From: a virus
DNA: 64,000 bases
Virus record (IMG/VR): IMGVR_UViG_3300036857_000203
Coordinates: 1-64,000 of that record
Strand: one strand, 5' to 3'
Below are positions 36,620 to 46,166 of the stretch, one piece after another; the stretch's first letter is position 1, and each line of letters begins with the position of its first letter. The notes beneath the pieces are model-generated. The model was not told where the DNA came from and made no database searches. It saw nothing but the letters and a program-made list of their open reading frames with translations. Made by a program: the position numbers and the translations under genes.

Positions 36620-37078
36620 ATGGCTAAGAGAACACGGTCTAAAGCCAGACCGAAACAAGCCGTAGTCCAGGCACCCGACGATGCACCCGCCCAAGTCGCT
36701 AGACGCCGCGCCAACGGCCAATGGCGGCCAGGGTATTCAGGCACGATGGGCACCGACGCGGCACGCGCACGGCGTCAACTGAATCTCTCGACCATCTCGG
36801 CCCTACAGTCCGCCTTCGACCGTTACGGTAGATCGGCCATCGAGAAGGTCGCGCGTCAGCAGCCCGCGATCTTCCTCAAGATGTTGGTATTGCTTGTCCC
36901 GCGCGAGCTTGAGATTACCCAGGCGCAGGGCCCGCGCGGGATGAGTGACGAGGCATTGGAGCAGGCTGTCCAGGCCATCGAGGGCTTCCTGGCCAAGCGC
37001 GCCGCCGGCCCTGGCGCCGACGCGCGGGTGATCGAGGCGCAGCCAGCGGCGGATGATCCATCCGCTGACAAGCCTTGA
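36620..37078 (+). CDS. Putative terminase small subunit (DUF5681-like)
   Basis: RRANGQWRPGYSG..G; AIEKVARQQPAIFLKML..PRE..MSDEALE. Confidence 0.6.
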   Translation: MAKRTRSKARPKQAVVQAPDDAPAQVARRRANGQWRPGYSGTMGTDAARARRQLNLSTISALQSAFDRYGRSAIEKVARQQPAIFLKMLVLLVPRELEITQAQGPRGMSDEALEQAVQAIEGFLAKRAAGPGADARVIEAQPAADDPSADKP

Positions 37079-37394
37079 TCCATAAGGGATATTCGGCGAA
37101 GTTCCCGTTCTGCCCATATCCTTACCCACACCCCAGGTCGCGACCCCACCCCAGCGCCGTTACCGTAATCCATTGATATTACGGGAGAACCGCGCGCCGC
37201 GCCACGCAGCCCCAGGGCAGGGCGCCCGGGCCCCCGAGGGGGGGTGGGGGGGGCGGCACAGAGAGCAGCTCATGGCTCAGGCCCCTCCCCCAAATCCCTC
37301 GCATTTCTCGGTCCCCGACCCACAACCAACTGATCTTACTATGATTTCGTCCGGGTTGCGCAGCAGACCCCCGGCCTTATTTCTGCGTACCTCC

Positions 37395-37895
37395 TTATTT
37401 GTGAAATTTCGCGCGGTGTTTCCGGGAGCGCAGGGTGGAGGGGCTGGGGTTTGCAACACGAGGACGTCCGCCTGGGTTTGCAACGCCCCCCTTTGCAACG
37501 CGCTTGGGGTTTGCAACAGTGGGGTTTGCAACGGGTGGTGACGATGGCGAGGTATGCGGGGTATCTGCGGCCGGTCCGGGATGCGATCTTGTACCGGCGT
37601 CGGCTGGGGTGGTCGTGTTTGGAGATTGCGCGTGACCTGATGGCGCGTGGGTTGGTGGAGCGGATGTGGGATGAGCGGCTGGCGAACTCGGTGCGGTATC
37701 TGTTGCGGCGGGAGGGGCAATGGGAGCCGCTGCCTTGGTGGAATAACGATCCGGCACGAGTGGCCGACGTTTCGGCTTGGGAGGAGGAGCTGGTGCTTTG
37801 GCTTCGGCGCGGGGGGTGCCGTGTGAGGGGTTGAGGTCTGGACATTCGGTCGTCCAGTGGTCGTATGTCTGGCAGTGGCGGCAGTAGGGTTTCAT
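37395..37895 (-). CDS. Zn-knuckle, Pro-rich protein with VANP repeats
   Basis: CRHCQTYDHWTTEC; C-terminal VAN/VAK x5. Confidence 0.5.
   Translation of the reverse strand: MKPYCRHCQTYDHWTTECPDLNPSHGTPRAEAKAPAPPPKPKRRPLVPDRYSTKAAAPIAPPAATDTAPSSPAAHPTSAPPTHAPSGHAQSPNTTTPADAGTRSHPGPAADTPHTSPSSPPVANPTVANPKRVAKGGVANPGGRPRVANPSPSTLRSRKHRAKFHK
37446..37532 (+). repeat. Five copies of (GGGG)TTTGCAAC
   Basis: Copies at 37446, 37474, 37492, 37506 and 37521. Confidence 0.9.
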
Positions 37896-37909
37896 GAAAG
37901 GGTTCTCCG

Positions 37910-38194
37910 ATGGACGAGGAGCGCATTCATCACGAGGTGGTTCGCGGGGTTGAGCGGGTGGATGATCCGCTGATTGTGCAGCAGTGCAAGGTTGCGCTGG
38001 CGAGGTGTGTGGCGCTGGACGGGGTGTTTGTGGGGGTGGCGTTCGAGGGCTTCCAGGGGCTTGGTGGCGAGCGTGAGGAGGTTGCTGGCGAGCTGGTGCT
38101 CACGGTTGAGCTGGCGGAGGCGGTGGCTGAGTTGCTGGTCAAGGCGGTGGCGAAGGCCAGGGCGGCGGGAGCGGACCATGATACCCAGCAGTGA
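37910..38194 (+). CDS. Hypothetical protein
   Basis: GAAAGG RBS; plausible globular sequence. Confidence 0.5.
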   Translation: MDEERIHHEVVRGVERVDDPLIVQQCKVALARCVALDGVFVGVAFEGFQGLGGEREEVAGELVLTVELAEAVAELLVKAVAKARAAGADHDTQQ

Positions 38195-38407
38195 GGCGGT
38201 GGCCGAGAACGTGCGCAGGCACTGCGAGGCGATGGCTGAGGAGATCGCCCGGCGGTGCGAGGTGAAGGGGCTGGATCGGGTTCTGGTGATCCGCGAGAAC
38301 GCGGTGATGGTGCTGCTCGACTGGTTCCTGGGAGACTGGGTTCCACCGCACGGAAACAGTGCTAAGCTCCCGCTGGAAGGTGATTCTAACATTCCAGCTC
38401 AGGGAGA

Positions 38408-38740
38408 TTGAGCATGCCCAGGAGCCGCACGCGACCGATCGTCGGGGATATTGTCTGGTTGCTGGATGCCTCGCCGCCGACCGCCTATCCGACGGCGGCG
38501 ATCGTGGTGGGGATTGCCACCCCGGCCGGTTCCGGCTTCGGCATCGGCATGCCGGGCGCCGGGCCGATCCTCGACCTGTGCGCGTTCCTGGCCACCGGCA
38601 ATACCGCGCCTGCGCTCGGGGTGAGGTTCTATTACGGCACCCGCCCGCCACCCGGGGCGGTGAACTGGTGTACCATGCCGCGGGTGAACATGCCGGCCAG
38701 CCCGACCTCGTTCCCGAGCGGCGCGGCAGTCGGCGAGTGA
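38408..38740 (+). CDS. Hypothetical protein
   Basis: PIVGDIVW..AAIVVG..CTMPRV. Confidence 0.6.
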   Translation: MSMPRSRTRPIVGDIVWLLDASPPTAYPTAAIVVGIATPAGSGFGIGMPGAGPILDLCAFLATGNTAPALGVRFYYGTRPPPGAVNWCTMPRVNMPASPTSFPSGAAVGE

Positions 38741-38779
38741 TCCAGTTCATCCCGTTTGCGCAAACAGGAGGAGACCACC

Positions 38780-39097
38780 ATGGCGGGCGCGGCGAAGAGC
38801 GAAGGCGGCGAGACCCTGCACGAGCAGAGGAACCTGACCGAAGAGGAAATCGCGGAGCGCACGGCGGCCAAGCTCAAGGCTGACGAGGAGAAGAGCCAGA
38901 AGGTGCGTGACGAGCTGGACGCCGAGAGGAAGAAGGCCGAGGAGCAGGCCAAGAAGGAGGCCGAGGAGGTCAGGGCCGACAAGGAGAAGGCCGAGCAGGA
39001 GGCCAAGAAGGGCGCCAAGGCCAAGAAGGAGGAGCCCGCCGCGTCCCAGCCGGCCGCCGCCGCCCCAGCCGGCAGCCACGGCAGCCGGGCGCGCTAG
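38780..39097 (+). CDS. Charged coiled-coil hypothetical protein
   Basis: AGGAGG RBS; E/K/A-rich. Confidence 0.6.
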   Translation: MAGAAKSEGGETLHEQRNLTEEEIAERTAAKLKADEEKSQKVRDELDAERKKAEEQAKKEAEEVRADKEKAEQEAKKGAKAKKEEPAASQPAAAAPAGSHGSRAR

Positions 39098-39360
39098 CTC
39101 TCGCCTCGCAGCTTCCCGGCCAGCGCGCGGCAGTCGCCGGCATACATCGCTCGGTTGGCGAACAGCTCCAGCTTGGCTGGTGTTGCCAGATTGGCAGCCA
39201 GCGCATCGAGGAAGGCGGCGGCCTCGGTGTTCTGCGCCCGCAGTCGCTCGATCTCGTCGGCGCCGTCAAACGGCGCGTCATCTGGCGTGAAGCCCATCCC
39301 TGTCAATTCGCGGTAGCCCCACTCGTGTGGACCCATCAGCCGTTTAACGATATCGCTCAT
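39094..39360 (-). CDS. Cassette gene 1 with shared C-terminal module
   Basis: ..GADEIERLRAQ..AAAFLDALA..DCRALAGKLRGES. Confidence 0.65.
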   Translation of the reverse strand: MSDIVKRLMGPHEWGYRELTGMGFTPDDAPFDGADEIERLRAQNTEAAAFLDALAANLATPAKLELFANRAMYAGDCRALAGKLRGES

Positions 39361-39677
39361 GGCTTCATTCCAAACTCGGCGTCATCACAGGGCGCGACAT
39401 CGGGGTCGTACTCGCGCTCGCCCCGCAGCTTCGCCGCCATTGCGCGGCAATCGGCGGCGGCTTGCTGTTGCTCCTTCAGGTGATTGCCGATGGCTGGCCA
39501 GCGCGTCATGTGGTGCGCCAGCACGTCAAGGAAGGCGGCGGCTTCGGTGATCTGTTCGCGCTGTTGCGACCGTTCGCGCGCAAGCTCGCTGGCGTCCCTT
39601 GCAAGCTCGCGATAACACTCCGCGCACATCGCGGGGGCGGTATGGCCGCATGACCAATCCCACGTTCCCGGCCTCAT
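39357..39677 (-). CDS. Cassette gene 2 with shared C-terminal module
   Basis: AAAFLDVLA..AADCRAMAAKLRGE. Confidence 0.65.
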   Translation of the reverse strand: MRPGTWDWSCGHTAPAMCAECYRELARDASELARERSQQREQITEAAAFLDVLAHHMTRWPAIGNHLKEQQQAAADCRAMAAKLRGEREYDPDVAPCDDAEFGMKP

Positions 39678-39916
39678 GTCTCGCCCCGCAGCTTGCGCGC
39701 CAGCGCGCGGCAGTCGGCGGCTTTATTCGGCCAATCGTCGCGCTCGAAGATATCCGCCAGTCCGTCGAGGAAGGCGGCGGCGCGGCGGTTGCGCTCCTCG
39801 GCAAGCTCCAGCTTGTTCCAGACTGTCTGGTTCTCGGCGCGCAGATGCTCCAGCTCGTTGCGCTCGTCCTGCGCCCGCATCGGCCAGGGCTTGTCAGGTT
39901 CGCTCTTGTTGTTCAT
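39674..39916 (-). CDS. Cassette gene 3 with shared C-terminal module
   Basis: AAAFLDGLA..AADCRALARKLRGET. Confidence 0.65.
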   Translation of the reverse strand: MNNKSEPDKPWPMRAQDERNELEHLRAENQTVWNKLELAEERNRRAAAFLDGLADIFERDDWPNKAADCRALARKLRGET

Positions 39917-40098
39917 GGCATGTACATACATGCATGGTGGGCCATGGTGGGGATGTGCAAGCTCCATCCCCGGGGAAGGGGCGGCTTGCCGGGCTTCGCG
40001 GCTCGCCTGTTGCAGGTCCGCCGAGCCCGGCCTTGTTGGAACCATGAAAGGTATAACGGGCTCCTCGCGCGCTGCCGCCGCGCCTGCGTAGGGGCACC

Positions 40099-40302
40099 CT
40101 AATCGACGGCGTCGTATGCCTGCAACGCCGCCTGCAGGCCACTGGCACAGGCGCGGCAGTCCGCCGCCGCCTTCCGAAACTCGGGGATCGATGCCTGCAG
40201 CGATCGAGTGCTCAGATTATCCAGGCGGCTCGCCATGCCGCGCAGAAAGCCGGCGGCCAGGGTGAGGTTGGCAACGAGGTGGTCCTCGCGGTCGCTTGCC
40301 AT
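40099..40302 (-). CDS. Cassette gene 4 (diverged module)
   Basis: AAGFLRGMA..AAADCRACA. Confidence 0.55.
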   Translation of the reverse strand: MASDREDHLVANLTLAAGFLRGMASRLDNLSTRSLQASIPEFRKAAADCRACASGLQAALQAYDAVD

Positions 40303-40360
40303 CGGGGGGTCCTTTCATCTGGGTTGTATAAGTGATTGGTCGCAGCGAAGTTCGCAGGGT

Positions 40361-40753
40361 TCATGCCAGCTCGCCCAGCTCCTTGAAGCCCACCAGGATG
40401 TCGGGCGGCGTGGGAAGCTCCCCGCGCGTGTAGCGCCACATGTGCAGCACATTGGAGTAGTTGTTGATGTAGCGGCTCTTGGGTGGATGAAATTGGATCA
40501 CGCAGTCTTCCGGCTCCCAGCAGCGGTCCTTGACCCAACTCATCTCCAGCCAGTTCGGAATGCGGCGCCTTGTCGACACCGAGCAATGTTCCCAGCCCTG
40601 GGCTTCGGGATCGCTGGCGTCAGCCACGATGATGGTCAGCTTCTCGCCGCACGGCCCGGGCACCTCGTGGAAGGCGCCATAGCTGGCGCCCGGCGGGCTA
40701 CGGTACTCGCCGCGCACAATACGGTAATGCTCAAGATGTGGATCGATCTTCAC
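40361..40753 (-). CDS. Conserved phage protein
   Basis: GWEHCSVS..RIPNWLEMSWVKDRCW..IQFHPPKSRYINNYSNVLHMWR. Confidence 0.75.
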   Translation of the reverse strand: MKIDPHLEHYRIVRGEYRSPPGASYGAFHEVPGPCGEKLTIIVADASDPEAQGWEHCSVSTRRRIPNWLEMSWVKDRCWEPEDCVIQFHPPKSRYINNYSNVLHMWRYTRGELPTPPDILVGFKELGELA

Positions 40754-41730
40754 GCGCTCTCCTCATGGCGGCCAGCGCCTGCGATTTCGGCGGGCAATGT
40801 GGACCAGATGATGATGAACCGCGACCGAGACCCAGAAGCCCAGGTTGAACATGATCGTGCTCCACAGGAACAGCCATGCCCAGAAGTCTTCCATAACCCC
40901 CTCCCTCAGAAAGAAACCGCCGCCGGGTACGGACTGGGTTCCCGGCGGCGGCGGCTGTTCCCCTACGTAGGCGTACGACGCGGGAACAGTGCGGCAACGG
41001 CTTTGCATAGCATGGTAGACGACACTATGCACGCATATACCTGTGGATAAACGTATGTCAGGTACCCGACCCCCAAACGGGTCAACGGTCATGGCCAAAC
41101 AGCTTCTTCATCGCTTCGTTCCACTTCAGGTGCGCAGCCTGCAGCGCTGCGCTGGGCGGCCGGTCGGCAAGCCGCAGATCGGCCATCAAACCGTCGATCA
41201 GCACCGTCGAGGTGTTCAGGGCGTTGCCGAGAAGCGTATTGCGCTCGACGTGCTGCGCCAGATTCTGCGCCATGAACTTGTAGGCCATGTCCTTGCGCTT
41301 CACCTCCTCTTCCAGGCCAGCGATCTTGCCGTGGGCGGCATGTAGCTCCTGCTCCAGCTGCTTGATCTCGAAACTGTGCACATTGGCCCGCTCACGCAGC
41401 TCTTTCGTCAGGTCCTCAAGGTCCTGGGCGTGGTCCTCCTCGCTCACTTTGCGTTCCTTCAGCGCCGGATCGCCTGCATCGCCCGCCTCCAGGCCTCGTG
41501 CGCGGTCGCCAGCCCGGGGCTCATCACCTGTCCCTCTGGTAGCCATAGCATCAGCGCCTCGATCAGCTGGCAGGAACGATCGAGCGCGTGGATCACCAAC
41601 GCAGCATCGCGCCGGCATGCTGCCAGCTCGTCCTTGAGCTGCGCGACCTCGTGCAGTGCCTCGACCCCGTCGTCCATGCCCGCTGCTACCATGTATTGAT
41701 TATGGATACAACGGCGCGTATTGTCGAATC

Positions 41731-41931
41731 ATGGGGACAAAGCGCAAGCTTCCCACCGGGCCGGTCAAGGCCCTGCGCTCGTCGGCGATGATGATCCGCG
41801 TCACCGACGTCCAACGCCGCGCCTTCGAACGCCGGGCATCGATGTCGGGGCTCAGCACATCGTCGTGGGCCCGGATGATCCTGCTGCGGCAGGTCTCGCG
41901 CGAGGAATTGGAGGAGGGAGACGAGAAATGA
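41731..41931 (+). CDS. RHH-like regulator
   Basis: MMIRVTDVQRRAFERRA..GLSTSSWARMILL. Confidence 0.65.
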   Translation: MGTKRKLPTGPVKALRSSAMMIRVTDVQRRAFERRASMSGLSTSSWARMILLRQVSREELEEGDEK

Positions 41932-42224
41932 GCCTGGGTGAAGATCGCGTGCGGCTGGGGTTCAATCCCTCAGCGGATAACGTGGTGGATCAGTTCAAGC
42001 GGATGACCGCAGATTTGATCGATGCGTGCAACGAGAACAACAGCATCGGCAAGTCCTCCGAAGAGGGCCGGCTGTGGGCATTGGCTATGACGTACTATGA
42101 GATCGCTGCGATGTTCGCGGTGAAAGCAGCAACCGCATCGCAGAAGCCGAGCATCGATCCTGCGGTGAAAGAATATCCCGCCGACCATCCGGCGTCCGGT
42201 GACCTCGGGAGCGTGCCGCTTTGA
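41928..42224 (+). CDS. Acb2/Tad1-like helical-hairpin protein (possible nucleotide sponge)
   Basis: RVRLGFNPS..RLWALAMTYYEIAAMFAVKAAT. Confidence 0.55.
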   Translation: MSLGEDRVRLGFNPSADNVVDQFKRMTADLIDACNENNSIGKSSEEGRLWALAMTYYEIAAMFAVKAATASQKPSIDPAVKEYPADHPASGDLGSVPL

Positions 42225-42688
42225 GCTGGGTTGACGGCGAGGCGGCCTGGATTGCCGCGCACTATCTGCATGGCCACACCCAGCGCCAGATTGCCGATGA
42301 GCTGGGGCTTACTCCCGCCTGCATCAATGTCCAGGTCAGAAGGTTCTGTGAAGTGTGGGCACGGCAATCGGTGGAGCTGGTCTACGACAGTGCGCGCAAG
42401 GTCGTCCTGCGCCGCGCACTCGATCGCTATCTCATTGGCGGCGGTGTGCCCATTAAGCCGGACACGGCGACTAAGCGCGCCTTGCTGCGGCCAATCCCGT
42501 ACTTCGATGAGACTTACAGCAAAGCGCGTTATGAGCACGCTTGGCTGTTGCGGGCCGAGGGCGAATCCCTGCAAGTGATCGGAGATCGCGTCGGGGTCAG
42601 CAGGGAGCGGGCGGGCCAGATGATCCTGAAGTACGGCCGGACCATGACGTGGGCGATGCTGCGCACCCGGTTCAGGATTGCAGCATGA
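42221..42688 (+). CDS. Double HTH (sigma region-4-like) protein
   Basis: GHTQRQIADELG; GESLQVIGDRVGVSRERAGQMI. Confidence 0.7.
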   Translation: MSWVDGEAAWIAAHYLHGHTQRQIADELGLTPACINVQVRRFCEVWARQSVELVYDSARKVVLRRALDRYLIGGGVPIKPDTATKRALLRPIPYFDETYSKARYEHAWLLRAEGESLQVIGDRVGVSRERAGQMILKYGRTMTWAMLRTRFRIAA

Positions 42689-44409
42689 CCGACACTGCCG
42701 TCGCAGCGCTCAACACCGGGCTCGATAAGTTTCCGATCACCGAGCAGCAGGCGCTTGAGACGCTCAAGACGCTCAAGGCGGAGATCGCCGTCCGCGCCAA
42801 TCGCAAGAAGCAGGCCAAGGCCGGCGGGCTGATCGAGTTCGTGCGCTACTTCTGGAGCGTGCTGGAGCCCGAGACCAAGATGGTCGAAGGCTGGCTCCTG
42901 GAAGCCATCTGCGAGCACCTGGAAGCGATTACCTTCGGCAAGATCACGCGCTGCCTGATCAACGTGCCGCCAGGATCGATGAAGTCGCTCATGGTGAACG
43001 TGTTCTGGCCCGCCTGGGAATGGGGGCCGATGAACATGCCGCACCTGCGCTACGTCTCTTTCAGTTATTCGAGCGGCCTGACCGAGCGCGATAACACCAA
43101 GTTCCGCAAGCTGGTGATGAGTGAGAAGTACAAGGAGCTGTGGGGTGAAAGGTTCAACCTTGAGAAGGAAGGCGAGATCAAGATCACCAACGACAAGACG
43201 GGGTCGAAGTTCGCGTCGTCGGTCAAGGGCATCGGAACCGGAGAGCGTGGAGATCGCGTGGTCATCGATGACCCTCACGATGTTCATAAGAGCGAATCAG
43301 ACGTGGTTCGAACTGACACCGTGCGCTGGTTTCGAGAGACGATCACGGATCGACTTAACAACCTTGACGACAGTGCCATCATCATCATTATGCAGCGCGT
43401 TCATCAGTCTGATATCAGCGGCTTTATCCTTGAGCAGGGTTGGGCGTACTGCCACCTCATGGTCCCCATGGAGTTCGAAGCCGGACGTGAGCCATTCAAT
43501 CCGCTCGGCTGGAAGGACCCGCGCACCGAAGATGGCGATCTCGCATGGCCCGAACGTTTCTCCCCCGAAGCGGTCGCCAACATCGAGCGCGAGAAGGGCA
43601 GCTTCGCCTACGCCGGGCAGTATCAGCAAAGACCTTCGCCCCGAGGGGGAGGAATAATCCAGCGCAACTGGTGGCGACCCTACACTGAAGCTGAATGCCC
43701 AAAGTTCGGCGTCCCGTGGCCGAAGTTTCCGGTGATGAGCTACACCGTGCTCTCGCTCGACACCGCGCAGACCGAGAAGAAGCAGAACGATCCCACGGCG
43801 GGCGTCGTGTTGGGTGTGTGCCGCGACATCTGGGAGAACCGGAGATTAATACTCATGTGGGCGTGGGCGGAACGCCTGGAGCTGTACGAGCTGGTCAAGA
43901 AGATCGAGGAAACCTGCAAGAAGTTCAAGGTCGACCGGGTTCTGATCGAGGACAAAGCCTCGGGTTATCCGGTCAGCCAGGAGCTGCGCCGTCGCGGGAG
44001 AGTGATCTCCGATGTGATGAGCCACAACCCCAAGACCGCCGACCGCGCTGACTTCGGTGTGACGCTCATTACGCCGGAAGGCGATCACGTCGCCCGCGCC
44101 TATGCCTGCCAGAACCTGTTCGAGTGCGGAATGATCTATGCCCCGGCCGAGGGCACCGGCATGGGCGACTTCCTGTTCAAGGATTGGGCCGATCGCGTCA
44201 TTGGCGAGCTGGCCGACATGCCCAAGGGCACGCACGATGATCTTGCGGATGCCATGACCCAGGCGCTCACGCATATGCGGAAATTGGGCCTCGCGACCCT
44301 GCCGGACGAGGACGAGCTGGAGGATCTGATCGAGAAGAAGACCTACCGGCGCGAGCCCTCTCCATTGTATCCGGCTTACGGCGGCGGATTGACCATTCCC
44401 CTGCGATAA
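42685..44409 (+). CDS. terL: Terminase large subunit
   Basis: LINVPPGSMKS, GTGERGDRVVIDDPH, IMQRVHQSD, YQQRPSP, SLDTA, LIEDKASG, THDDLADAMTQAL. Confidence 0.95.
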   Translation: MTDTAVAALNTGLDKFPITEQQALETLKTLKAEIAVRANRKKQAKAGGLIEFVRYFWSVLEPETKMVEGWLLEAICEHLEAITFGKITRCLINVPPGSMKSLMVNVFWPAWEWGPMNMPHLRYVSFSYSSGLTERDNTKFRKLVMSEKYKELWGERFNLEKEGEIKITNDKTGSKFASSVKGIGTGERGDRVVIDDPHDVHKSESDVVRTDTVRWFRETITDRLNNLDDSAIIIIMQRVHQSDISGFILEQGWAYCHLMVPMEFEAGREPFNPLGWKDPRTEDGDLAWPERFSPEAVANIEREKGSFAYAGQYQQRPSPRGGGIIQRNWWRPYTEAECPKFGVPWPKFPVMSYTVLSLDTAQTEKKQNDPTAGVVLGVCRDIWENRRLILMWAWAERLELYELVKKIEETCKKFKVDRVLIEDKASGYPVSQELRRRGRVISDVMSHNPKTADRADFGVTLITPEGDHVARAYACQNLFECGMIYAPAEGTGMGDFLFKDWADRVIGELADMPKGTHDDLADAMTQALTHMRKLGLATLPDEDELEDLIEKKTYRREPSPLYPAYGGGLTIPLR

Positions 44410-44423
44410 TTGGAGTTACGTGG

Positions 44424-44729
44424 ATGATTGCGGATATTCGTGATACCGACGAGGTCGACTTCCTGCGGCATTGGTCGGAACGGGTCTGGGACACCGTGCA
44501 GCTCGCGCAGATCAAGGCCATCGAAGAGCAGATGGTCAACTACGCCATGACGGCGTGGCGGCCGGCAGGAAGCATCCTCCCACCAAGCGACATCCTCATT
44601 ATCTGCGCGTGCGAAGAGGGCGTGGTGCTGATGGTGCAGAACCAGTTCGGCGAGTGGCGCACCTCGGAGGGCAAGCCGCACAAACCCCCCAGGGCTTGGA
44701 TGCCCTGCCCGGCGCCCCCCAAGGCTTAG
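44424..44729 (+). CDS. Hypothetical protein (DUF551-like C-terminus)
   Basis: AWRPA..AWMPCPAPP. Confidence 0.55.
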   Translation: MIADIRDTDEVDFLRHWSERVWDTVQLAQIKAIEEQMVNYAMTAWRPAGSILPPSDILIICACEEGVVLMVQNQFGEWRTSEGKPHKPPRAWMPCPAPPKA

Positions 44730-44803
44730 TGTAAGCCTAGCGAATCGCCGGCATTACGGTAGACTGCCGCCCGATCCTCCTTTGAGGGAGCGCGGGCTGG
44801 GTC

Positions 44804-45775
44804 ATGCTGATTCTTGCCTCTACCAGTGACAAGCTGCGGGTGAACTGCAGCGCCGGCACTGTCAATATCCATGCCAGCTGGCTCGACAACGTGTCGGGGG
44901 CGGTCAATCCGGGCCGGACCAATACCACGCTCACGGGCGCCGGCACCTTCGACGTCGTGGCGGCACCGGCCGCTGGCGTGTTCCGCAACGTCAAGACGCT
45001 CTATGTGCATAATCTCGACGCCACCAGCAAGGACATCACCGTCATCCACACCGACGGCACCATCGTCGCCGAGCTGTACAAGACTACGCTGGCCGGGCAC
45101 GCGACACTCTCTTACATCGACGAGCTGGGCTTCGTCAGCGACCTGTCGGCCACCCAGCTGGTTGAAGGGCTGGTGCGGCGTTGGACCTTCACCAAGATCA
45201 CCGCCACCAACGCGGCATGGCCGGTCCCAGCCGGAACCAGGGAGCTGAAGGTCGAGGCGTGGGGCGGCGGCTCGTCCGGTGCCGGCGCATCCGCTGGCTG
45301 GCGCGGCGCGGGCGGCGGTGGCGGCGGCTACGTGTGCAAGTTCTACAGCGGCATCATGGATGCGACCCTGAACATCACCATCGGTCAGGGCGGCCCTGGT
45401 GCCGGCGACGGCTCCAACGGCAACCCTGGCGCCAGCACCACGGTGGTCGGCGCCAACCTGGGCACCTTGACGGCCGGCGGCGGCCTGCCGGCTCCCCGCA
45501 CCGGGCGCTCGGAGGGCGGCTCTGGCGGCGGTGCCAGCGGCGGAGACATCAACATCAATGGCGGCGACGGTTACGCCAATGCCTTCAACTTCAACGATAG
45601 TCCTGACGGCATCTACGGCTTCGGCGGCGACTCGCCGCGTGGCGGCATGGGCGGCAAGGCCAATGTCACCACTCCCGGAGGCATCCCCGGTGGCGGCGGG
45701 GCCGGCGCCAACCATCCCGGCGGCACCAGTAGCGGCGCCGGGGCGCGCGGCGAGGTGCATATCTTCTCGCGATAG
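44804..45775 (+). CDS. Virion accessory protein with glycine-rich domain
   Basis: WPVPAG..VEAWGGG..GGGGGGY..ITIGQGG; N-terminal domain paralogous to 45801-46154. Confidence 0.7.
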   Translation: MLILASTSDKLRVNCSAGTVNIHASWLDNVSGAVNPGRTNTTLTGAGTFDVVAAPAAGVFRNVKTLYVHNLDATSKDITVIHTDGTIVAELYKTTLAGHATLSYIDELGFVSDLSATQLVEGLVRRWTFTKITATNAAWPVPAGTRELKVEAWGGGSSGAGASAGWRGAGGGGGGYVCKFYSGIMDATLNITIGQGGPGAGDGSNGNPGASTTVVGANLGTLTAGGGLPAPRTGRSEGGSGGGASGGDININGGDGYANAFNFNDSPDGIYGFGGDSPRGGMGGKANVTTPGGIPGGGGAGANHPGGTSSGAGARGEVHIFSR

Positions 45776-45800
45776 TGGGATACCCCAGGGGTAATGCAAG

Positions 45801-46154
45801 ATGCTGCTTCTGACCTCGGTCAATGATCTTCTGCAGATCGCGCTCAGCACAGCCGGGCCGGTCGACGTGCACACCAGCTGGGTCGATACCGTGACGGCGA
45901 CCGGAAGTATTACGCCTGGGCGCACCAATATTGCCGCGATCTCAGCCGGGCTGACGGTCGTCGTGAGCGCTCCTGTTGCCGGTGCCCAGCGTAACGTGAA
46001 GACCCTGCACATCCGCAACAAGAGTGCGGCACCATGTCAGGTGATTGTGATGCACAGCGACGGCACCAACACCGAGCACCTTTATGACACCACGCTTGGC
46101 GGTGGCGGCGCCCTGCAGTGCACCGACCAGGGCGGCTTCCGGTTATTGGGTTGA
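45801..46154 (+). CDS. Stand-alone paralogue of the N-terminal domain of 44804-45775
   Basis: VHTSWVD..PGRTN..RNVKTLHIRN..VMHSDGT..LY. Confidence 0.7.
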   Translation: MLLLTSVNDLLQIALSTAGPVDVHTSWVDTVTATGSITPGRTNIAAISAGLTVVVSAPVAGAQRNVKTLHIRNKSAAPCQVIVMHSDGTNTEHLYDTTLGGGGALQCTDQGGFRLLG

Positions 46155-46166
46155 TGTGAGAGCCAG

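Noticed and set aside
37446-37532. TTTGCAAC repeats as a mini-CRISPR
   Set aside because: Repeats are only 8-12 nt with 3-16 nt gaps and are in frame with a VANP peptide repeat.
45260-45750. GGC runs as guide units
   Set aside because: The period is 3 nt; these are glycine codons of a Gly-rich domain.
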